Source of the DNA: a virus
Lineage: Duplodnaviria > Caudoviricetes
Length of the DNA: 55,783 bases
Strand: one strand, 5' to 3'
IMG/VR virus record: IMGVR_UViG_3300047564_005880
Coordinates: 1-55,783 of that record
The position numbers were made by a program, and so were the translations under genes. How positions within the stretch are numbered: position 1 is the first letter of the stretch; every line of letters begins with the position of its first letter. Below the pieces are notes generated by a model. It did no database searches and was not told the origin of the DNA. It was given only the letters and a program-made list of their open reading frames with translations. Below, one piece after another: positions 32,101-41,103 of this stretch.

Positions 32101-35100
32101 TCCTAAAACTGAGTCTAAAGTAAGATCTACAAAATCTGGCATAGTCATGACTGCAGTTGGAAGAGATGCAGCATTATAACCAGATCCTTTATTTGTAACT
32201 CCAACTGTAAGAATTGGTCCAGCAATAGTTGCAACAGCAGTAGCACCAGCACCAGATCTAAATGTATCTTTGAGTGCTGGAATTGAAGAATAATTGCGCC
32301 CAGGGTCTCCAATTGTTATGGCACCAACTCCACCTTTAGGATAAATCGAGTTTGTGATATATGAAACATCATTAGCTAAATTGTATGATGTTTCTGGCTC
32401 CAATCCAAGTTCATATACAATCGTGGTATCAGTAACCTCTGTTACAGTATTTGTTCCTACGATTGGATCATTTATTAGATTGAAGTATAAACCAGTAGTC
32501 AATCCATTAATATCAAAATAATAGAATGTGCTTGGAAGATCAAGGATTCTAATAGTTATTGACTGCTGCTCTCCAGTAATTTGATCATTTTCAACAGCAA
32601 AAATATTCTTATAGGTAAAGACCTCTGTATTATCTGGATCCAAACTGAAAGTAAGTCTCCTTCCAGAGTGGGAGGAATCGGAAACATCAAACTTATATCT
32701 GTGACCATCAATAAATTGAAGTTTTGGTTCTCTTACATAGACCTCTGCAGTTGTCACAATAGCTGCAGTAGGATTTGCAAAATTTCTCTTACACACAAAC
32801 CTTCTGTTTGTATCAATTCTAACCACGCTGTAAGTAGAATTATCATATGCAGATGGATTGATTCCAGAGATATTGACTATATCTCCAACTCTTAATTGAT
32901 GTGCTTTGTTAGATCTAAAGACGACTTCCTTTTGTACTTCAGTTAATGTGATTGAGAATCCAGATCCAGGTGAAGGTGTTAAATTATATCCTAAGTTGAG
33001 GTTAGAAGCAGAAATTGTGTCTCCAACTTCATAACCATATCCACTATTTGTAATTGTAACTGAGGTTACTGCTCCACCACTGACAACTATAGTTGCCCTT
33101 GCATTTACTCCATTACCGCTAGTTGTTAATGGAACATTAGTATAAGTTCCATTAAGATAATTAGATCCTCCCGTTATAGATGACCATCCACCTTGATATA
33201 GATTGCCATCCGTTCTTACTCTTACATATTCCCACTCAACTCCACCAACACCATCAATAACTGTTCCACTTGTATGCGTTGGGGAAGTTGCACCAGATGT
33301 TCCATTATTCTTAGCTTTGTACACATAAACATCATTATAAACAAGATCATTAACTTGATAGCTCACTCCAGTTTGCCACACTTTCATGAGTTTGGCACTT
33401 TGCAGATCGAAATAGTTAAAGTGGTATTTGTTACCAATAATCTTTACTCCGATCTCTCTTTCATATAAGTTATCATCAACTGATACGTTTACCAAATCTC
33501 CAATTTTGACATAGTGATTTTCTGTGGTAGTTAAGGTGACAACAGAAACATCGTCATCATCGGCAGCAAAGGAGGCTGTAGATACTGGTACTCCTTCAAC
33601 GGAAGATATTACTGCGCTTAATCCAGATCCACCAGTATTTTCTTCATCAAAGATCAGTCTATCGTTTACTTTATATCCAGATCCACCACCTTCAAGGAGA
33701 TACTGATCTATACCAGATGAAGAATATTTGTTTGTGGACGCAACATACAGAGAATCTGCTTGACTTCCCTTAATTGATGGATAATAATCAAAATAACCAA
33801 TACCGTCTTCTGCTAATTCTAAGAAATCGCCAGTTTCAGTTGTAATAATGGTTGTAGTATCCTCTAAAGCCAAATAGAATTCTATTCTATCGATAAGTTG
33901 CTTTCTCTTAACGATGAGATTATCAACTGCCAAATATGGAGCTTTATATCTTATTGCATCTTCGGTAAATCCTCGCTGCAAACCATTACCGTTCCAGTTT
34001 ATTTCATTTGCCTGCGAGTAAAAGTTTGGACCGATGAAGTATGGGAATTTTGGATTACCAGTTACACCATCGATGGTGCAGAAATATGCATATACACCAT
34101 TTGGATATTCTGGTGTTACGCAATATCTACCGTTATATTCATCAAGATCTCCAAGACCCTCAACATACTCATAATCTTCGATGAAGGTTCCTAATGGATC
34201 TGTAAGACCATCAACTAGAGAAGTTCTTGTGGATTTAATTCTATAGCTGGTGGTTAATTGCTTATACTCATTAAATGGAGATTTATTCTCTTTGTCTTTG
34301 TAACCATATGGACCGTAGATTGGGTTTCCATCATAAGCCCATCCAAGAATAGGAGAATGCTTAGTCGGAGTCAATTCTACAAGTGATGAATTGATGTTGT
34401 CTTCAAGTAAAAATCTCAGTCTTTTTGGACTGAACATATACCCATATTCTCCACCATAGATCAGATAGTTTGCTCCTTGGAAAGAAGCACCATTAGAAGA
34501 ATCAAACGTAACTCTTGGTATAAATGTGTTTGCAGATACTCCAAGTTCATTTGCATTAGCTGCTTCATTATAAGTTAATTCTGTAAGTTTGGTTTGGAAT
34601 TGAGCGCCAACACCAGGATATACAATAAAGATTTCTGTTTTACCTGGAGTATAACCAATACCTTTATTAGTTACAACAATATCTGTAACAATATTTCTAG
34701 TGAGATCTACATTAGCAAAAGCAGTTGCACCAACGCCATCACCAACGATAACTACATCTGGTGGTCCAAAGTACCTTTCTCCGCCAAATGTAACGATGAT
34801 ACTTTCAATTCTACCATTAAGGATTGATGGGTACGCTACAGCTCCACTACCAGAAACGAGGTTTACCTGAGGTTCATATGAATAATTCGTTCCAGGGCTT
34901 GTGATGTGAACTTCTTTGATTGATCCTCTAACAACAGCAAGACCAGTAGCTCCAGAACCACCGCCACCAGTGATTGAAATTGTTGGAACACTAGTATATC
35001 CAGAACCAGCAGAGGTTATGGTGATATTAGTTACAACACCATTTGTAATCTGCGCTGCAGCGGAAGCGGCATTTGTAGGAGATGCTCCACCACCAATAAT

Positions 35101-37380
35101 TGCAACAATAGGTTCTGAAGTATATCCACTTCCTCCATTTGTTACGTTAATTTCGATAACTCTACCGTCTACTTCAACAGCTCCAGTTGCAGAGGAACCT
35201 TCATACTCCCATCTAATATTTCCATGTACCTGTACACCACTGGTATGAGTTGGAAAAGTGGTAAATGCAGATTGACCAGATTCAAGAGCAACGTATCTAT
35301 TACCATTATATTTTACTCTTGTTCCAATAGCATAGTTTGTATCTAACTGATAATCTGGTTCAAATTCTACAATTGGTGGGTTTGTAATATCGTAGCCATC
35401 GCCACCATTAATTTTTTCAATACCAATCAATCCACCATACTTTTTGCTGGCATTTCCCTTATAAGAGAAAAATGGTACACCGTTTACACCAATACCAATT
35501 TGCCCAACAGGTGTTGGTTGCTTGGTGCTTTTTGTGATTGGTTGTAAAGGAATTCTCTTTAAATATCTTTGGTTTCCTGGGAGAATATCATTTGCACCAA
35601 AAGGACCAATCTTATGAGATGGTATTCCAGTACAAGCTACGATTGCATTATCTGTTGATCTATAGGTATTCTGGATATCTGCAGTAAAATCTTCAATTTC
35701 ATTTCTAATGCTACCAAAATCACTCGTTCCATATGAAAATTCTCTAAGAGCAATAAACTCTTTAGTTGGAGTTGATATTGGAGTCGCTGGAATAAGAATA
35801 TTAAATGTATTTGCAGATCCAACACCAACTACACTATAAGTTGCATTATAAATGTCTTCATCTGCATTTACAATAGTAACTTTGTCATCACGATTTAAAT
35901 CATGATCTTCAACCGTGGTTACAGTGGCAATAACACTCCCATTCGCATTTGGAGATCCAAGAACTATAGAAGTGCCTCTAAATGCTCTTCTTACGTTGTA
36001 GATGAAAGATTTCCAGATAGAATCAATACTATCAAAACCAGGACTGGTTGGAGTTGTAATCTTACTATTTGGCAGATAGTATTTACCAGGAGTGTTCAGT
36101 TTAATTCCTCTAGTTCCACCAAACATTTTGATGGTGATTTTTGAACCATCTAAATTGGAATATCCAAATACTTCGAATGCAGCGATAACTTCATGACCAG
36201 CTACGTGTTCTGCTGGACTTGTATTATCTCTTGCTCTTGTACATCCAATAAATTGGTTTACAGTTTTTTCTGCGTATGAGATGATTTCATCTTCAATACG
36301 AACTTTTCCATTTTGCTCTGGCCAACCGATTGTGGAATCTACGGTAATTACAGTATCGGTCAGAACGTCTCCACCAAGATCATCAGCCAAGATGGTCTTA
36401 TAAGGAGTTACAAAGGTTCCAGCAGAATTATTTGTGTCTACGTCAATTTCATAGATTACACCTTCTTCAGTGTAAATTTCTACAACACTCTTTACATAAA
36501 TTCTAGCAAATTTTACATTTTCGTCAGTTGGATCTTCCTGTTGATATAAAACTTGTCCAACAAGCTCCATGGGATTACCTTCGAGCTTTCTAGCTCTGAT
36601 AACTTCCCTAGAAACATAATATGCATCGGATGGTTTGAATATTCTATCTCGTGGATAATTGATTGACGACTCTACGCCGAATATCGTTCTTAAAATAAAT
36701 TGGAAGGATCTGCTTGTGCCCTTAGATGCATAGAAGTCCTTAATTCTCTTAATAACGACATTTTCCTCAACACCAGAGTTAAAATCTTTTGGGAATGTCG
36801 CGAGATATTGCTCTTTAAATTTTGAGAGGATGAATAATGGGAAAAGGTTATTTAAATTAATGACTTTAGCACCAGTAGCATGACTCGCTGCTTCTGTATA
36901 CTCAAAATTTAGTTCAGCAGCACTACCAATTGATGTTAATCCAGAAAATCCTCTAGCGCAGTTCTGGAATAAAGTGACTCCCTTACCATTATAGTAAATA
37001 ATTTCATCATCAATTAAAAGTAATCCCTCATTAGGAAAATCTCTAGTTCTCTGGACATCAATAGTTGTTGAAGTTTCACTTAAAGCAGAAATGAGAACGG
37101 TTTCCTGAACAAGGTTTGAATACTTGTCAATATTGTAGTAATCATCCCAGTTTTGAATGACATCAACTGGATTTCCCTTTAATTCTTGAGATTTGTAATA
37201 TGCCCTTACAAAGTCAATAAAAGTCTGATAGTCTTCTCTAACAAACGAAGGAAACTGCGAGAAAACTCTATCTGATATCTGAGACTTTGATTCTGGACTA
37301 ACTTCCGATGGAACTGGAGGTACAGTTACAGGAGTGGTTGGAGTAGTCCACTGACCAACTTTCCAGGAGGATGTAGGCAT
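26131..37380 (-). CDS. gp7: Baseplate wedge initiator gp7-like giant protein (3749 aa) with many inserted domains
   Basis: QFPSFVREDY..FYASKGTSRS N-terminus, DSNRFQEFSYEI..AHPAGFKVFG core, position between gp6 and gp8. Inserts: YHYH-like, CBM-like, GSGY repeats and three Cys-helical repeats. Confidence 0.82.
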   Translation of the reverse strand: MPTSSWKVGQWTTPTTPVTVPPVPSEVSPESKSQISDRVFSQFPSFVREDYQTFIDFVRAYYKSQELKGNPVDVIQNWDDYYNIDKYSNLVQETVLISALSETSTTIDVQRTRDFPNEGLLLIDDEIIYYNGKGVTLFQNCARGFSGLTSIGSAAELNFEYTEAASHATGAKVINLNNLFPLFILSKFKEQYLATFPKDFNSGVEENVVIKRIKDFYASKGTSRSFQFILRTIFGVESSINYPRDRIFKPSDAYYVSREVIRARKLEGNPMELVGQVLYQQEDPTDENVKFARIYVKSVVEIYTEEGVIYEIDVDTNNSAGTFVTPYKTILADDLGGDVLTDTVITVDSTIGWPEQNGKVRIEDEIISYAEKTVNQFIGCTRARDNTSPAEHVAGHEVIAAFEVFGYSNLDGSKITIKMFGGTRGIKLNTPGKYYLPNSKITTPTSPGFDSIDSIWKSFIYNVRRAFRGTSIVLGSPNANGSVIATVTTVEDHDLNRDDKVTIVNADEDIYNATYSVVGVGSANTFNILIPATPISTPTKEFIALREFSYGTSDFGSIRNEIEDFTADIQNTYRSTDNAIVACTGIPSHKIGPFGANDILPGNQRYLKRIPLQPITKSTKQPTPVGQIGIGVNGVPFFSYKGNASKKYGGLIGIEKINGGDGYDITNPPIVEFEPDYQLDTNYAIGTRVKYNGNRYVALESGQSAFTTFPTHTSGVQVHGNIRWEYEGSSATGAVEVDGRVIEINVTNGGSGYTSEPIVAIIGGGASPTNAASAAAQITNGVVTNITITSAGSGYTSVPTISITGGGGSGATGLAVVRGSIKEVHITSPGTNYSYEPQVNLVSGSGAVAYPSILNGRIESIIVTFGGERYFGPPDVVIVGDGVGATAFANVDLTRNIVTDIVVTNKGIGYTPGKTEIFIVYPGVGAQFQTKLTELTYNEAANANELGVSANTFIPRVTFDSSNGASFQGANYLIYGGEYGYMFSPKRLRFLLEDNINSSLVELTPTKHSPILGWAYDGNPIYGPYGYKDKENKSPFNEYKQLTTSYRIKSTRTSLVDGLTDPLGTFIEDYEYVEGLGDLDEYNGRYCVTPEYPNGVYAYFCTIDGVTGNPKFPYFIGPNFYSQANEINWNGNGLQRGFTEDAIRYKAPYLAVDNLIVKRKQLIDRIEFYLALEDTTTIITTETGDFLELAEDGIGYFDYYPSIKGSQADSLYVASTNKYSSSGIDQYLLEGGGSGYKVNDRLIFDEENTGGSGLSAVISSVEGVPVSTASFAADDDDVSVVTLTTTENHYVKIGDLVNVSVDDNLYEREIGVKIIGNKYHFNYFDLQSAKLMKVWQTGVSYQVNDLVYNDVYVYKAKNNGTSGATSPTHTSGTVIDGVGGVEWEYVRVRTDGNLYQGGWSSITGGSNYLNGTYTNVPLTTSGNGVNARATIVVSGGAVTSVTITNSGYGYEVGDTISASNLNLGYNLTPSPGSGFSITLTEVQKEVVFRSNKAHQLRVGDIVNISGINPSAYDNSTYSVVRIDTNRRFVCKRNFANPTAAIVTTAEVYVREPKLQFIDGHRYKFDVSDSSHSGRRLTFSLDPDNTEVFTYKNIFAVENDQITGEQQSITIRILDLPSTFYYFDINGLTTGLYFNLINDPIVGTNTVTEVTDTTIVYELGLEPETSYNLANDVSYITNSIYPKGGVGAITIGDPGRNYSSIPALKDTFRSGAGATAVATIAGPILTVGVTNKGSGYNAASLPTAVMTMPDFVDLTLDSVLGSFVTDEIIVSQTIVGTQTARGKVISWNPSTSILRVQPLRNTTSGAANKGYIMFSTVNVQRNKVYSADSQASIVGLSGTQAQVAAIIPATGPNAGSLESVAVNNPGSNYRVPPQVILDDPYYGGVTEVSITSQNTSANFTAGTYTGVVQKSVAPTGGTGATFTVTIDAVTKDVISVVPDTSGYPYALGDVITISGAQITGGVDVTDDFTVTVTELSFSNPAQTSVLINASIDSVTVTNGGSGYLSSPDVLVSGGNGINAILNAQIVNQGVTNIVIEDGGEQFQSPPVINIVQTKGTGVSLLLKSSDLGQIVKIGGDNITFNYSHDRTLKPELNTTYNLQLIRTQVIDYLDVIDGGFSFVAKPTILLEGGSGSAFSLNPIIQNEVIQEVQVVNPGKGFLSAPTVKAQVSHAFVALRSNSTLNFAYDAKIPTGTKVSLREISGKLPQPLLPNVIYYAIEDTIANGLANNQIRLATSLANANAGTYIVFTSAPTIGNNGVSAFVLDTTDLGARIVAYMKPGEFSVGERIYQGASTASYTAYGFIKEWDPKGRVVSVEIVEGEFRIGEPVFGAESAAFGQIHAFDRADAVFEVSPISISGNRWERTTGFLDLNEQRLYDSNRFQEFSYEIASPINIKEWKNPIKFAAHPAGFKVFGSQIVSTATFKDFKPTPYRDFVTNDLYNWWLPGVPPATLRTFNGTTYFTPKPTANNVAKLSRIDNFALGKADYTATVPTEVLMFGRQLLDVQKILTNIVHKIDTINYRAIPFDGSSSSAVNPATDEITLTNHGLVQDQRVIYNAGGDRFQDARDLIVANIDYIVEETIGHIEATFPALTDGSKPDYDPSICARDTRLVIAAWANDLRYGGNAFTVKAVNSYIGQTVLVADRYGDARNLLRSNKTLIAEEAVGRMLVDPVVGVPAGFPGVPGGNQNCIDDVVDFIESMSYNLAYGGNSEVYDAANLYVTGSHVQGEEDASVKVFEIALELCEDVIQNYPIITSYTSEVQVFDNSISTDPIGFVADRNGDAYDLLQANKVFVANEAVQRYLIANPSFVIPTGNQNCIDDVIDVINAVSKNVGYGGNDHTYDAAAYYVGTSHINGEETETIAIMQIARDLCQNVINNESISVQGSHGLTQTYDYTITVDQGGCAAIKSTIATLFSIVTTAVSTDSMAHATRTGGGGYVNSCQNVVSSMTTLFGILIQAIGTNGNPGNLTGITRTVPVNNILHIGGEELETIAAYNKARDLAILAVNNNLPFTGTYTTRRPFVDLSITYDSGGCANVVSALTTLSQILTEGIDNPGTIPDIDVGFYPNVRTGDPIQGLVSNTAYYVDVVDADTIRLLDAPSGNVLDITSVGSGPAHQIILSVDGINNKFKLRKDSIDISTVIAKTAQKSQLIVSINGIIQNPKGFTVSNDILEFAESPLENSEVLAVYFDRKSYSNVFELDTFGDAIQSFNTTNGLIAGAGYTNGVYTSEPLVNKRGNGTGATANIAVVGGKVVSISIVDGGSGYTNNDIVSATLAGSPTLEFQVEVEDVTFDGVNTTFTSQVGGSNYALPASDNFLLFLNSTLQVKGTEESYTYTGSTITFNEAPLGNMDFYCFYFGKLNLLDDISPFFDNSRKTYILKQSGAPFSIESDDPSIDAAGNLLIFVNGIYQEPGVSYTLRGSLLEFDEAPRAGSNCVLYVFLGSNDDILREDTFNSIDPGDIVKVSSEADERILASISSSTTIDTYEYVGLRPTPAEFTAVVLGGRVAAVTIVNPGLNYENPPILVFTGGGGEGAFAQTTIDPGTGEVTGIINLNPGNGYTSIPKIVPTHPVSIERSQRNRIISNSNALAVTYLTNSITSTSVTINAQNVYWDLTQQIGFPDEGEILIPVYSGGRWRVERILYGSRDVNTNTFTVATNGRGNFGTGPSFGVGYDINVVTGSYTSSGTLCTVNTSGAHNYTTGMSVYLKHTSGTGFDGSYKVNVTSTTQFTVEYPFARTTSGSISILPEIRLRSL

Positions 37381-37388
37381 AGTTGATT

Positions 37389-39239
37389 TTAGTTATAGCT
37401 AGATTCTGGGATGACACCAGTTCCAGAAACGTTGGAACCGCTAGTAATTACGTCTTCGACAATATTAATTACTGTATTATCTATACCTATTGTCAGATAG
37501 GTTTCTCTAAGAGCAACCAGATCATTTGATCTTGGAACCGCAGAAAGGCGAATCTCATTCTGGGCAAAAGGAGTACCAGAGATGATCAAATCATTAATAA
37601 CTATTTCTCCCAAATCATAATCAACAGATCCCCAAAGACCGTCAATATATTGTCTTTCTCCAGTATCTTTGATATAGAACAGACGGAGTTGACCTTCACC
37701 ATCATCATCGAGATAGTAAGTATTTTGAGTATCACCAGCAAGATTAAATCCAGTGCTGCTTACTGATGCAACGTCAGTAGAAGGAAGGATTCTATTTCCG
37801 TAACAAATCTTGTAGTTTACTCTTGCATTCAGTTGAATTGGAGCATTTTTTCTCATTACCACTCTGGTAATGTTTGAAGTAAACGAAGGTTCTGCATCAT
37901 CGATCAATTTCTGCAGTTTCGAATACTTGAACTTGCCACCAAACTTATTAAACTCAGATCCAGCATTTAAAGCTGCCAGAGTTGCATAAACAATCGTTTT
38001 TAAATCTGCTTGATCCCTACGAGTTCTGTTTGGATCAAAATAAACAAAGGTTACGAGATCAATATAGAGAACAGATGGGTCGATAATTTTTGGTTCAACC
38101 GCAGCTACAGAATAATCTCTGAGTTTTTTGAGAATATTGTTTTTTTCTGATAAAGACAGTTTATCGGCATTTTTTGGTTTGATTGCCAAGAAAACTTTAC
38201 CGTATTCTGGGGGATCTGCCTCTTCGCCACCGTAGGCAGCGATAGATTGGATATTTGGGTAGATCTGTGGGAGAAGAACTTCGTAATCTCTCGTTGAAAC
38301 AGCTCTTCCAAAAGAAGAATAGAATTTGGGAGCAGAAAACTTAATAGATTCTGTTGTTTCTTGGAAAGCACCGCCATCTGGAGGTGTAATCAAGTTAACT
38401 GAAATTCCAGTAGTTATACTATTGTTATTATTGTCTCTGATTGTTCCAATAAAGTCAAAGTTAGTCAGACCGTTTGATCCAGGTCCAGAACTAGTCGTGT
38501 AAGTGACATCAACAACGTCTCCATCAACTAACGCCTTACCCAGAACATCATCACCAAAAGTAATCTCTGGTCTTCCGTACTCAGACTCCTCTAAAAAGAA
38601 GACTTTTGATGATCCGTTGATTTTTGTGATGTCAGTTGCTAAAAGATATGCCTCAGTTGTCGTTCCACTAGTAACTTCTACCTTCAAACTAGTGGTATCG
38701 ATGTTTTGGTTGGTTAAAATGAATCTTTGTCTTTGAGTTTCGTCTCTAACAAAACTGTCTACTAAAAATACACCTTCGTAAAGGGGCAAATTAGTAAAAG
38801 TAGCAATTCCAGACAGACTATCTACTGATGCACTCTGATCTGCAATTGTGGAGAAGACATAGTTATCATTATCTGCTCCAATAAAGTTTAAAACAAGTCC
38901 TCTGGACAGAGTAACTGTTTTTGGATAAGGAAATGCGGTTGCAACTGTAATGGTCGTTGGCACAATCGCAGATCTAGCACTCTTAGGAGTGTATCCGATC
39001 ATTCTAGCTAGTTTTACGACATTCTCTCTGAGAACAGCTGTTTCCAGAAAGTTCTCATTTACAATAAGGTTTGCATTAACTGCAGAATAGTAAGTATTGT
39101 AAGCAAGAATGTCAAGAAGTACGGTCAGCGAAGATCCTTCAAAGTCATAATCAGAAAACTGATCTTGAGCTTTGAGATAATCCTTAATTTGTGCCTTAAT
39201 CTCGTTAAATTCTAACGAGGTGACCTGATTGAACGCCAT
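37389..39239 (-). CDS. gp6: Baseplate wedge subunit gp6
   Basis: LEFNEIK..DYDFEGSSL..LDILAYNTYY..LARMIGYTP; RAVSTRDY; GGEEADPPEYGKVF. Confidence 0.93.
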   Translation of the reverse strand: MAFNQVTSLEFNEIKAQIKDYLKAQDQFSDYDFEGSSLTVLLDILAYNTYYSAVNANLIVNENFLETAVLRENVVKLARMIGYTPKSARSAIVPTTITVATAFPYPKTVTLSRGLVLNFIGADNDNYVFSTIADQSASVDSLSGIATFTNLPLYEGVFLVDSFVRDETQRQRFILTNQNIDTTSLKVEVTSGTTTEAYLLATDITKINGSSKVFFLEESEYGRPEITFGDDVLGKALVDGDVVDVTYTTSSGPGSNGLTNFDFIGTIRDNNNNSITTGISVNLITPPDGGAFQETTESIKFSAPKFYSSFGRAVSTRDYEVLLPQIYPNIQSIAAYGGEEADPPEYGKVFLAIKPKNADKLSLSEKNNILKKLRDYSVAAVEPKIIDPSVLYIDLVTFVYFDPNRTRRDQADLKTIVYATLAALNAGSEFNKFGGKFKYSKLQKLIDDAEPSFTSNITRVVMRKNAPIQLNARVNYKICYGNRILPSTDVASVSSTGFNLAGDTQNTYYLDDDGEGQLRLFYIKDTGERQYIDGLWGSVDYDLGEIVINDLIISGTPFAQNEIRLSAVPRSNDLVALRETYLTIGIDNTVINIVEDVITSGSNVSGTGVIPESSYN

Positions 39240-39628
39240 TATGGTTTAAATACTAAATCTATGCTTTCTATGGTGACAGGCGTACCAAGAATTAGGTACG
39301 AAATCGAAACTTGCAGGTCATTTATTGACTCATCGAATTTAGTAAAGACATCATAACAAGCAACTCTTGGTTCATAAGTGTTGATTGTCTTCTTAATTTG
39401 ATCTGAAATCTCACTCGACAAACCTTCAGTGTAGTTTTCGAAAAGATACTTAATGACGTTTCCACCAAACTGAGGATAAAATGGCTTCTCAAAAAAATTG
39501 TACCTAACGATGTTTTTTACAGACTCTTTAATCGCTTTCTCATTCTTAAGAGTCAGAACATCATTAGTTACTGGATTTTTCTCAAAGGTAAGGCTAAAGT
39601 CCCTAAAGGACTTTGAGATAATAGCCAT
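39239..39628 (-). CDS. gp25: Baseplate wedge subunit gp25
   Basis: NPVTND..NEKAIKESVKNIV..EKPFYPQFGG..LFE..YEPRV. Confidence 0.92.
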   Translation of the reverse strand: MAIISKSFRDFSLTFEKNPVTNDVLTLKNEKAIKESVKNIVRYNFFEKPFYPQFGGNVIKYLFENYTEGLSSEISDQIKKTINTYEPRVACYDVFTKFDESINDLQVSISYLILGTPVTIESIDLVFKP

Positions 39629-39650
39629 TTTGTAAAATTCGACCTTGAGT

Positions 39651-39658
39651 TATTTATC
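39651..39658 (-). promoter_or_regulatory. Late promoter (GATAAATA)
   Basis: ATAAATA core 22 nt upstream of gp25 ATG. Confidence 0.7.
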
Positions 39659-39671
39659 AGGGTTTCGTAAA

Positions 39672-39863
39672 CTATTCGTGCCAACGCTCAACAAAGTCGT
39701 CAAACCCTCCCTTTCCGCCGCATGGACGAGAGTAACGATCTTCTGGTGGCTGATATTTTGATTTTCTTGCCATTTTTAAGTATTTTTCACTAGCTGGAGA
39801 CGTAATCAGTGTCATTCCTGACTCAACAAACTCATTTCCTTGGTCTACAGGTGAAATTGCCAT
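39672..39863 (-). CDS. Hypothetical protein (63 aa)
   Basis: GGAGG SD 7 nt before ATG; fills the gap upstream of gp25. Confidence 0.7.
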   Translation of the reverse strand: MAISPVDQGNEFVESGMTLITSPASEKYLKMARKSKYQPPEDRYSRPCGGKGGFDDFVERWHE

Positions 39864-39904
39864 AAAAAATCCTCCGAAAAAGTCTTCGAGAACTTTTTCG
39901 GAGG
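39864..39904 (-). terminator. 13-bp stem hairpin with U-run that also sequesters the SD of 39672-39863
   Basis: CCTCCGAAAAAGT (39871-39883) pairs with ACTTTTTCGGAGG (39892-39904); followed on minus strand by ATTTTTT then ATG. Confidence 0.6.
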
Positions 39905-39923
39905 TTGCTATCTCCAGAATTAT

Positions 39924-40070
39924 TTAGTTTCCTTGTCCACGATAACGCTTTTTACGTCCATTTCGCGATGTTGCAGCCAAATTAGTGTTCTTAGAACGCC
40001 CTTGACTGGTGCATTTGGGCTTTCCAGGTACATAATTCGTCTTCATCAGACCGCCTTTTGCTTTTGCCAT
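39924..40070 (-). CDS. Small very basic protein (48 aa) ending KKRYRGQGN
   Basis: Hand translation MAKAKGGLMKTNYVPGKPKCTSQGRSKNTNLAATSRNGRKKRYRGQGN; YRGQG-ending small proteins are common in T4-like cyanophages. Confidence 0.75.
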   Translation of the reverse strand: MAKAKGGLMKTNYVPGKPKCTSQGRSKNTNLAATSRNGRKKRYRGQGN

Positions 40071-40125
40071 AGAAAATCAGTGACTTACATTCAAAATTTT
40101 ACGATTTTTTGGCGATTTTGTCAAG

Positions 40126-40443
40126 TCAACCGCCGATGTAGACCTTTTTTGCTCCTTCTGGGAGTCCATGATTACCAACAGCATCGCCATCAGCTACATC
40201 AGAACCCAATTTTCCGCATTTTTTGCCATTTACGAACACGGTATCCGACCCAGAAACGATTTTTCGGTCATTTCCAGAGTGAGTTGTGCTATCACAAGAG
40301 TGAGAAGCGTACTGATCATCAAGTCTACCGATCCCTTTACCGCCTGCAAAGACATTATTAGATGCCTGAACGAGCTGTGTGGGTGGAAAACAACCATGTC
40401 CAGTGCTGTAAGCGTCTTTTACTGCTGGTGTAGTCGCTGTCAT
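40126..40443 (-). CDS. gp5.4: PAAR-type spike tip protein (gp5.4-like)
   Basis: GHGCFPP..NVFAGG..GRLDD..SHSC..H..GSDTVFVNGK..GSDV; His/Cys metal ligands. Confidence 0.85.
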   Translation of the reverse strand: MTATTPAVKDAYSTGHGCFPPTQLVQASNNVFAGGKGIGRLDDQYASHSCDSTTHSGNDRKIVSGSDTVFVNGKKCGKLGSDVADGDAVGNHGLPEGAKKVYIGG

Positions 40444-40445
40444 TC

Positions 40446-41099
40446 TTAGTACCTACTCTTGTTGGCAATAATATCCTTCATCTTATCTCTTCCGAGATCC
40501 CAATTATTTAATATATTATGAGTTACAGGAAACACATAGGTCAAAGGAACACCTGCACAGAGCGTAACGACTGTATAAGTGTACGTTACAGTTCTAGATG
40601 CACGGAAGTCTGGTTTATATCGGATCAACGTATCGACAGGATTCGGAATGTCGTCTTCGTATTGACCACCTGTAGTATAGGCATCTGGTCCTACATTATC
40701 TTTATTGACAGTGTAGATCAAACCAGCTGGATCCTGCATAGAACTCTCTAGTTCTAGAATCGGAGTATGATAACTCTTTCCAGTCGTGTCATCACGGTAC
40801 TCCCATTCTCGTTCATCAAAATAAGTCTCGTTGAACGTACCATTAATTGAGATCGTATAGCTCGAAGATGGAGTAGCAGTAGGTATATACGTCAAATTAC
40901 CCAGAGGAAGACCAGGATCGAGTCCAGGCAGGATTCCAGTGGGTATAACGGGGTCTATGGCAGTCATGGTGACACTCTGTAAGACTTCCAGTGGTCCTGC
41001 AGGAGGTGGGCACTGTACCGTCATGATGACTGTAATCGTATCACTAAAAGGTACACCTATCGTAGCAGGATTAAAAGAGTTCTTGCTAAGTATTGCCAT
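40446..41099 (-). CDS. Hypothetical virion-associated protein upstream of PAAR (possibly T4 gp5.1-like)
   Basis: Beta-rich, C-terminal NNWD..KMK helix; position next to PAAR gene. The 5.1 similarity is a tentative inference. Confidence 0.55.
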   Translation of the reverse strand: MAILSKNSFNPATIGVPFSDTITVIMTVQCPPPAGPLEVLQSVTMTAIDPVIPTGILPGLDPGLPLGNLTYIPTATPSSSYTISINGTFNETYFDEREWEYRDDTTGKSYHTPILELESSMQDPAGLIYTVNKDNVGPDAYTTGGQYEDDIPNPVDTLIRYKPDFRASRTVTYTYTVVTLCAGVPLTYVFPVTHNILNNWDLGRDKMKDIIANKSRY

Positions 41100-41103
41100 A
41101 TCT

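Noticed and set aside
26131-37380. Inteins or introns explaining the giant gene sizes
   Set aside because: No intein C/S...HN-C/S/T junctions or LAGLIDADG motifs were noticed; the frames are continuous and the extra length is inserted domains.
625-39000. Dozens of plus-strand and alternate-frame ORFs in the track
   Set aside because: They are shadows of long minus-strand structural genes, with no motifs or expression signals.
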